Positions 58,381 through 64,000 of a DNA stretch of 64,000 nucleotides are shown in pieces. The stretch is taken from the NCBI GenBank assembly GCA_048937405.1, contig JBHLNF010000001.1, forward strand, positions 192,001-256,000. Direction: 5' to 3'. The DNA is from Promethearchaeota archaeon. GTDB taxonomy: Archaea; Asgardarchaeota; Lokiarchaeia; Sigyniarchaeales; SOKP01. A program made the position numbers and the translations under genes. Under the pieces are notes generated by a model. It was given only the letters and a program-made list of their open reading frames with translations. It had not been told where the DNA came from and searched no databases. Within the stretch, counting starts at the first letter, position 1. Every line of letters starts with the position of its first letter.

Positions 58381-58965
58381 GTGATAAAAATGAATGAACA
58401 AAATCATTACAATGATGAAAAGGAAAAAAAAACATTACCACAGTCCCTTAATAAAAAAATAGCTGCTTCAGCTATTTTTATGGCAGTTGGATTAGTTTTA
58501 AGTTATCTTAATCCCTTTGCATATTTTGAAATATTCGGAACAAAAATTAATCCTTTTGCTCATTTCATTAATGCTATTACTGGTGTTTTAGTCGGTCTAA
58601 TCTTTTCGTGTATAACTGCCTTAGGGATAGCAATTCTTCGATTTTCACTTGGTATAGGGTCAATACATGCGTTTCATGGAGGTATTAGTGGTGCTTTTGT
58701 AGTAGGGATTGTATCGCATTTTTTACGTAAAAAATTTCCTAAATATGTTGAATTCGCTGCTTTTACAGAACCCTTAGGAACAGTTTTTATAGGAGGAACC
58801 ATTGCTCATTTGATTACTCCAATAGGAGGAAACTATTTCGCAATTGAGAGTCTTTTCACATTTTGGGCTTTATTTGCCTTAAGTTGCATTCCAGGATGTA
58901 TTATGGGCTTTATCATTCTAATAATTTTAAAAAAAGCAAAACTAACATGGGAAGATTTTTATTAG
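58381..58965 (+). CDS. thiW: ECF transporter S component, ThiW family
   Basis: NPFAHFINAITGVLVG, AILRFSLGIGS..AF.GG, EPLGT. Confidence 0.8.
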   Translation: MIKMNEQNHYNDEKEKKTLPQSLNKKIAASAIFMAVGLVLSYLNPFAYFEIFGTKINPFAHFINAITGVLVGLIFSCITALGIAILRFSLGIGSIHAFHGGISGAFVVGIVSHFLRKKFPKYVEFAAFTEPLGTVFIGGTIAHLITPIGGNYFAIESLFTFWALFALSCIPGCIMGFIILIILKKAKLTWEDFY

Positions 58966-58992
58966 CATTTATTATATATCTATTCAATTTTT

Positions 58993-59580
58993 ATGAAATT
59001 TAATTTATCTTTAAATTATAGAGCATTTATTGGACATAAGACCATTCTTTATGGAGAGACCAATACTAAAAAAACTTATTATACCGCAAAATTCGTTCAA
59101 TACCTTATAGAATCAAAAAATTTAGATCCAAAAGAAATCAGTATTTTAGATTTTGCCCCACCATATAGTATAATCAAAGATATCAAAATTGGCGGTAAGA
59201 TATTAGATTTTTATAAAGATAGTATTAAATGTAACAATTTATCCTTTGAAGGTGAAATCATCCCACCCCGTCTTAAAGCGAAGAATATTTACGAACTATA
59301 TGAAAATGCGTGTAAAAACTTTAAAAAAACTTATAAGATTTTATCCTTTTTCAACGATAATCCAACTTCAATATTAATTATCAATGATATTTCAATTTAT
59401 CTACATATAGGAAATAAAGTATTATTACTGGATTCAATAAAAAAAGCCACTACCTTTTTTGGGAATTCTTATTATGGATCATCAATAAATAGTGATTTTA
59501 CATCCCTATTTACTCGTAGGGAAAAAAGGTTAATTGAATATTTAGTCAAAAAAATTGATTTTTCATATTTTACTGGATAA
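58993..59580 (+). CDS. P-loop-like hypothetical protein
   Basis: TILYGETNTKKT degenerate Walker A; LIINDISIY. Confidence 0.6.
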   Translation: MKFNLSLNYRAFIGHKTILYGETNTKKTYYTAKFVQYLIESKNLDPKEISILDFAPPYSIIKDIKIGGKILDFYKDSIKCNNLSFEGEIIPPRLKAKNIYELYENACKNFKKTYKILSFFNDNPTSILIINDISIYLHIGNKVLLLDSIKKATTFFGNSYYGSSINSDFTSLFTRREKRLIEYLVKKIDFSYFTG

Positions 59581-59634
59581 AACTAAGAAAATTAAATTTG
59601 ACAAAACAATTTAATTTATATCCAATTTAATTAT

Positions 59635-60345
59635 CTATGTACTGATATGCCTTCCCACTCCATAATACATTAAATATCCCCATAACAGTAATGAAATTGA
59701 AATTAAAGAAATAATTAATCTCAAAGCAGCATTATTTAATGTATTAGATATTATAAAGCAATAAAATAAAATTATGCATCCACATAATCCGATTAAAAAA
59801 TATCTCCAACGATTCTTTATCTCTTCAATTTTAATTCTTTTATAAATCATAATTGAAAGAATTAATGCAGGAATAATACCTATAACTGAACTCACAGTTG
59901 TTAAATAAATACTGTAAAAAATACTCCATACTGGAATCCAATCTGTACTTGCATCAATTTTAACATTACTTGGATTTAAAAAAATATAAGATAATAATAT
60001 GCCATAAATTATTATGAAAATTAAAAGTTTATAAGTAGCAATACCCTTTTCACTCTTTTCTAAAATTAAAGTATAAACTGTGAGAAATACTGGGGACAAA
60101 AATACAAAAAAATTAGATAATAAATTCAAAATCTTTACAGTTTCTGGAATGGTAATTGGAGCGTAAATAAAATTAAAAAGAAGACCGCAAGAAATTGAAG
60201 TATAAAATCCACATAAACTTAAATTTAATCTGTTCTTTTGTCTTTGAAGAATTTTATAAACGATGCAGAAATTAAAAAAAAATATTGCACCTAAACCAAT
60301 ATATATTGCTATAAATCTCGCTAAATCCAATTGAAAGAAAACCAT
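59635..60345 (-). CDS. 7-TM membrane protein
   Basis: Seven hydrophobic segments. Confidence 0.7.
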   Translation of the reverse strand: MVFFQLDLARFIAIYIGLGAIFFFNFCIVYKILQRQKNRLNLSLCGFYTSISCGLLFNFIYAPITIPETVKILNLLSNFFVFLSPVFLTVYTLILEKSEKGIATYKLLIFIIIYGILLSYIFLNPSNVKIDASTDWIPVWSIFYSIYLTTVSSVIGIIPALILSIMIYKRIKIEEIKNRWRYFLIGLCGCIILFYCFIISNTLNNAALRLIISLISISLLLWGYLMYYGVGRHIST

Positions 60346-60445
60346 AAGGATTTCACACTCAAATTTTTAATTTTCTTATTAAGAATTTTATATTATATAT
60401 TGATTTATATTAATTTGGTGTTAATTTATAATGATTCTATTAAAT

Positions 60446-61447
60446 TTATGGAACTCGTCCAATTCCTATTGTTCTTCCATTGTCTTCAAAAATTTCTATT
60501 TTTGTTAAACCAGCACTATTCATATCATTTTGCAAATTTTGGCGGGTAAAAACTTTGCCCATATTGAAAAGTGATTTATTATATAATGTAATTAATTGAT
60601 TAATTAAGAAATTTTGAACAATGGGAACTTCATTTCTGGTGATTAGAATTATTTCTCCTTCAGGTCTAGTAACTCTGACTATTTCCTTTAGTAAACCAAT
60701 TCGTGATAAATTAAAAAAATCTGGATTCTCACAATATCTTGGAATAATTACCGCATTAAAAATATTGTCAGGTTCACGAATAATTTTTTTATACATGCTG
60801 GAATATTTTATCTTTTTTAATCCAACTTTAAGAAGATCATCATAAATACTTCTATTAGCCAATAGATATATCTCATCGGCGAATTCGTTAAAATAATTAA
60901 GACTATATGGTGCCACATAGTCATGTAACCACACTATTAGGAGATTTTCATAGTGAATTTGATTATTTTCTGTAATAACTTTTTTAGGAAAAATAATATC
61001 AAATTTAGTATCATTAATTATCGAGAGCAAAAAATATTGATTTATGACATTAATTACAGATTTTGTCAATGATGTGGCTGAAATTGTTTCAATCTTTCCC
61101 TTTTTATTTCGTTTAAATGCAAGTAGACCTTTCTTTTCAAGGGTAGAAAGACTATTGTAAAAGCTTGAAGTAGAAAGGTCAGTCGGTTTCTTAAGACTTT
61201 CAAAAAGTAGCTGATCAGTTTTAGAAAAATTATTATCTATTTTAGAGAGAACAAATTTTTTCTTATGTTGAATATATTGATTTACTTCTAAATATAAAGT
61301 ATGCCTTACAATTGGTTCTAAATGCTGTAAGAGTATTTGTAACGTTATTATCTCTGTAATTGAGAGATCTGCAAAATTTCCAATTTCAAGATTTTTTGAT
61401 AATATAGGAAAATCTGGGTCTTCCTTCTTTTTTTGATTATTTTTCAT
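60446..61447 (-). CDS. Winged-helix plus degenerate class I methyltransferase-like protein
   Basis: STSSFYNSLSTLEKKGLL (wHTH); LLKEIVRVTRPEGEIIL (MTase-like). Confidence 0.55.
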   Translation of the reverse strand: MKNNQKKKEDPDFPILSKNLEIGNFADLSITEIITLQILLQHLEPIVRHTLYLEVNQYIQHKKKFVLSKIDNNFSKTDQLLFESLKKPTDLSTSSFYNSLSTLEKKGLLAFKRNKKGKIETISATSLTKSVINVINQYFLLSIINDTKFDIIFPKKVITENNQIHYENLLIVWLHDYVAPYSLNYFNEFADEIYLLANRSIYDDLLKVGLKKIKYSSMYKKIIREPDNIFNAVIIPRYCENPDFFNLSRIGLLKEIVRVTRPEGEIILITRNEVPIVQNFLINQLITLYNKSLFNMGKVFTRQNLQNDMNSAGLTKIEIFEDNGRTIGIGRVP

Positions 61448-61744
61448 TAATATAATATTCTTTTTTTTGGATATTAATTTTTATGTTTTCAATTATATAA
61501 ATTGAAAACCACTTTTTATTTAATAAAATAGGATTGTAATTTTCAATTTCCAAAAATGAAAAAACAAAGATTTAAATATCGAAAATTATATATGAAAGAT
61601 GGAATCAAAAAAAAGTTGAATTATAGGAAAAAAGAAAAATTCATACTAAAATCCAAATAAAAATGGATATGCTCATAAAGAGCATTAGGGTGATCTAATT
61701 CAGAAATTTGAAAATTTATTGAAATTGAATGAGGATCTAAAGAG

Positions 61745-62284
61745 ATGATATGTTTTAATTTAAAAATCATACTAATCTGTATTGGGAAAATGGATTTTAT
61801 TCAAAAGTATTTTAAAATCAGATTCAAAACAAACTATAAATTGATGATTGGTGTAAATATTATGGTAAAAGATATCGAGATAAAACCTGGTGAAGTTGCT
61901 AGATTTTCAATTTGGGACATTAGTAATGATACGAGTTTCGAAACTCTCCAACATTTTTATTATAAAGGAGCTTTAGGCGCTTTTTTAATCTTTGATATAT
62001 CAAAAAGACATTCTTTTGAATTGATAAAAAATCATCATAATCAAATTCAACAAATTTTTGGAAAAAATTTTCCCTTTCTATTAATAGGAAATGGACCAAA
62101 TTTGCTTAAGGTTTATAGTGATGCAATTTATTGTAATAAACCTCGAGAATTCGCAAAAAAACAAGGATGTATTTATATAGAAAATCCATTTAAATTAGAA
62201 AGTAAAACCAATAAGGCATTTGTAAAACTAGCTCGTCAATGTATTCAAATGAAAAACCCGACAAAAACAACCTGTAATCTTTAG
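61745..62284 (+). CDS. Degenerate Rab-like GTPase (P-loop missing)
   Basis: YKLMIGVNI, SIWDI, YYKGALGAFLIFDIS; G1, G3 and G4 corrupted. Confidence 0.7.
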   Translation: MICFNLKIILICIGKMDFIQKYFKIRFKTNYKLMIGVNIMVKDIEIKPGEVARFSIWDISNDTSFETLQHFYYKGALGAFLIFDISKRHSFELIKNHHNQIQQIFGKNFPFLLIGNGPNLLKVYSDAIYCNKPREFAKKQGCIYIENPFKLESKTNKAFVKLARQCIQMKNPTKTTCNL

Positions 62285-62654
62285 TTAAATAGGATTTCTC
62301 TCGACATGATTTATTTCTAAAATTAGCAATGATCTGAAGTTTGTTTCCATAAATTAAAATTATAGAATTAATAGGTAATCTATTATCTAATTTAATTTGA
62401 CACCAAACTGATCTGTTTATATTTAATTAAAAATCTCTTTATCTCTCGATATATAAAGAAGAACTTAATAATACTATTATCAAATATAAACCAAATTATT
62501 TTTCCTATAATTGAACGTATTTGATTATATTGTTAGAAAAATAGAATATTCATATTTTACAGAATAATCCCTAGTAAATTCATCTTGGCAAAACAATTTT
62601 AATGAATGCTCAATTTAATTATCTACAAATTAAAAATAAAATTTGTGATTAAAA

Positions 62655-63293
62655 TTGAAGAAACTAATCTTATTTGGACCACCTGGTGCTGGCAAAGGAA
62701 CCTTTTCTGGGCAAATTAAGAAAATATTACCAGATATTGAGCATATAAGCACTGGTGATATTTTTAGAGAAAATTTAAAAAATAATACTCCTTTAGGTGT
62801 AAAAGCTAAAGAATATATGGATAAGGGAGAATTGGTTCCTGATAGTCTTACCAATGAAATTGTAAAGGATAGATTAGATAAGATCAAAGATAAATCATGG
62901 ATGTTGGATGGATACCCTCGAAATATGGGTCAAGTGGAGTTCTTAGAAACTATTGCTGAAATCGATTTGCTTTTATTGCTAGAAGTTTCCCGAGATATTA
63001 TCAAAAAAAGAATACTGGGCAGGTATGGGTGTAAAAACTGCGGAGAGATCTACAATAGGTACACTCTTCCCCCAAAAGTGGAAGGAAAGTGTGATAAATG
63101 TGGTGCTGAAATTAAATTCGAACAGCGAAGTGATGACAATGAAGAAACCTTAAAAAGTAGATTAGATACTTACGAGAAAAACGCAAAACCTATAATTAAA
63201 TATTATAAGAAAAAAGGAAAACTAAAGAAAGTGGATGCTAAAGATACATTAAAATATACTGAAGATGATATTAAACGTATATTAGAAATTTAG
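62655..63293 (+). CDS. adk: Adenylate kinase (bacterial-type, Zn lid)
   Basis: GPPGAGKGT, HISTGDIFR, LDGYPR, CKNC...CDKC, QRSDD. Confidence 0.95.
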   Translation: MKKLILFGPPGAGKGTFSGQIKKILPDIEHISTGDIFRENLKNNTPLGVKAKEYMDKGELVPDSLTNEIVKDRLDKIKDKSWMLDGYPRNMGQVEFLETIAEIDLLLLLEVSRDIIKKRILGRYGCKNCGEIYNRYTLPPKVEGKCDKCGAEIKFEQRSDDNEETLKSRLDTYEKNAKPIIKYYKKKGKLKKVDAKDTLKYTEDDIKRILEI

Positions 63294-63330
63294 TATTTAA
63301 TTTTTTTATAATCCTTTTGATTTTTTCATT

Positions 63331-64000
63331 ATGAAATATCGTATTTGTATAGCAATTCGGGTTAAATCAGCTAGTTTAAGTGAAGTTAAACCGTTATTGG
63401 ATAAAGGAATAGAAAAAAAGCCTGATTTTATTGAATTACGATTTGATTATATTAACAATGTTCAATCTCTTTCATTAGATTTTATAAAAGATTTACTAAA
63501 CATTATTAATCTCAGAATTCCTCTTATTTTTACGTTCAGAGCTCCATCTGAAGGGGGTCAATCTAATATTTCTCAAGAAGAACACTTCAAAATCTTGAAA
63601 ATGTTTATCGAAGCTAAACCGGAATATATTGATATTGAAATGAACACTCAGGAAGATTATTTATATGAATTTATCAAATTGGCATCTCAAAATGGAGTAA
63701 ATATAATTTGTTCATACCATAATTTTGAAAAGACAAATAATCTTGTGGAAGCAATTGACCTTATTACAAATTTCAATGATAAGCTTGTTCAAAATCTACC
63801 TCTAAAAACAAAAATCAATTCAAAGATTATATATAAAACTATTTTTACTGCTCAAACCTTTAAAGATAATCTTATACCCTTGAAATTGTGTAAACACTTC
63901 GTAAATGCTCCAAACAAACTTATCTCGTTTTGTATGGGTGAAACTGGTATTTTTTCTCGTATCATGAGTGTCACAGTTGGTTCATTTTTCACATATGCGT
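63331..64000 (+). CDS. aroD: Type I 3-dehydroquinate dehydratase (runs off the window end)
   Basis: IELRFDY, FTFRAPSEGG, YIDIE, SYHNF, FCMGETGIFSR, FTYA. Confidence 0.9.
   Translation, partial: MKYRICIAIRVKSASLSEVKPLLDKGIEKKPDFIELRFDYINNVQSLSLDFIKDLLNIINLRIPLIFTFRAPSEGGQSNISQEEHFKILKMFIEAKPEYIDIEMNTQEDYLYEFIKLASQNGVNIICSYHNFEKTNNLVEAIDLITNFNDKLVQNLPLKTKINSKIIYKTIFTAQTFKDNLIPLKLCKHFVNAPNKLISFCMGETGIFSRIMSVTVGSFFTYA

Noticed and set aside
1-64000. CRISPR array, rRNA, selenoprotein genes with in-frame UGA
   Set aside because: No regularly spaced repeats or rRNA-like sequence were seen, and I found no TGA interrupting a recognisable domain.

Overview
AT-rich archaeal DNA, most consistent with Asgard archaea (Lokiarchaeia-like). 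The evidence is archaeal-type ribosomal proteins together with eukaryotic-signature proteins (Rag/Arf/Rab-like GTPases, roadblock and longin/uDENN-like domains, Vps28, Yip1). The window holds most of the S10/spc ribosomal cluster, secY, the uL11-uL1-uL10-P1 operon, selenocysteine machinery (SelB, SepSecS, tRNA-Sec), three multi-intron tRNAs and assorted metabolic genes. The main finding is a ~15 kb island that splits the spc operon inside rps8. It is bounded by a ~146-156 bp near-perfect direct repeat of the rps8 5' end (truncated copy at 7724, intact gene at 22750). The island has no recognisable integrase. It encodes only signalling proteins: four histidine kinases, three stand-alone receiver domains, two tandem Rag-like GTPases, an Arf-like GTPase with a polyproline/WH2-like tail, and a longin/uDENN-like protein fused to a His-less HisKA-like domain. 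This is a candidate hybrid two-component/small-GTPase system. Other notable items are repeated apparent AUA/AUU start codons behind good SD motifs, a three-intron tRNA-Ile(UAU) and a two-intron tRNA-Sec. All family assignments come from motif recognition by eye; no database search was run.
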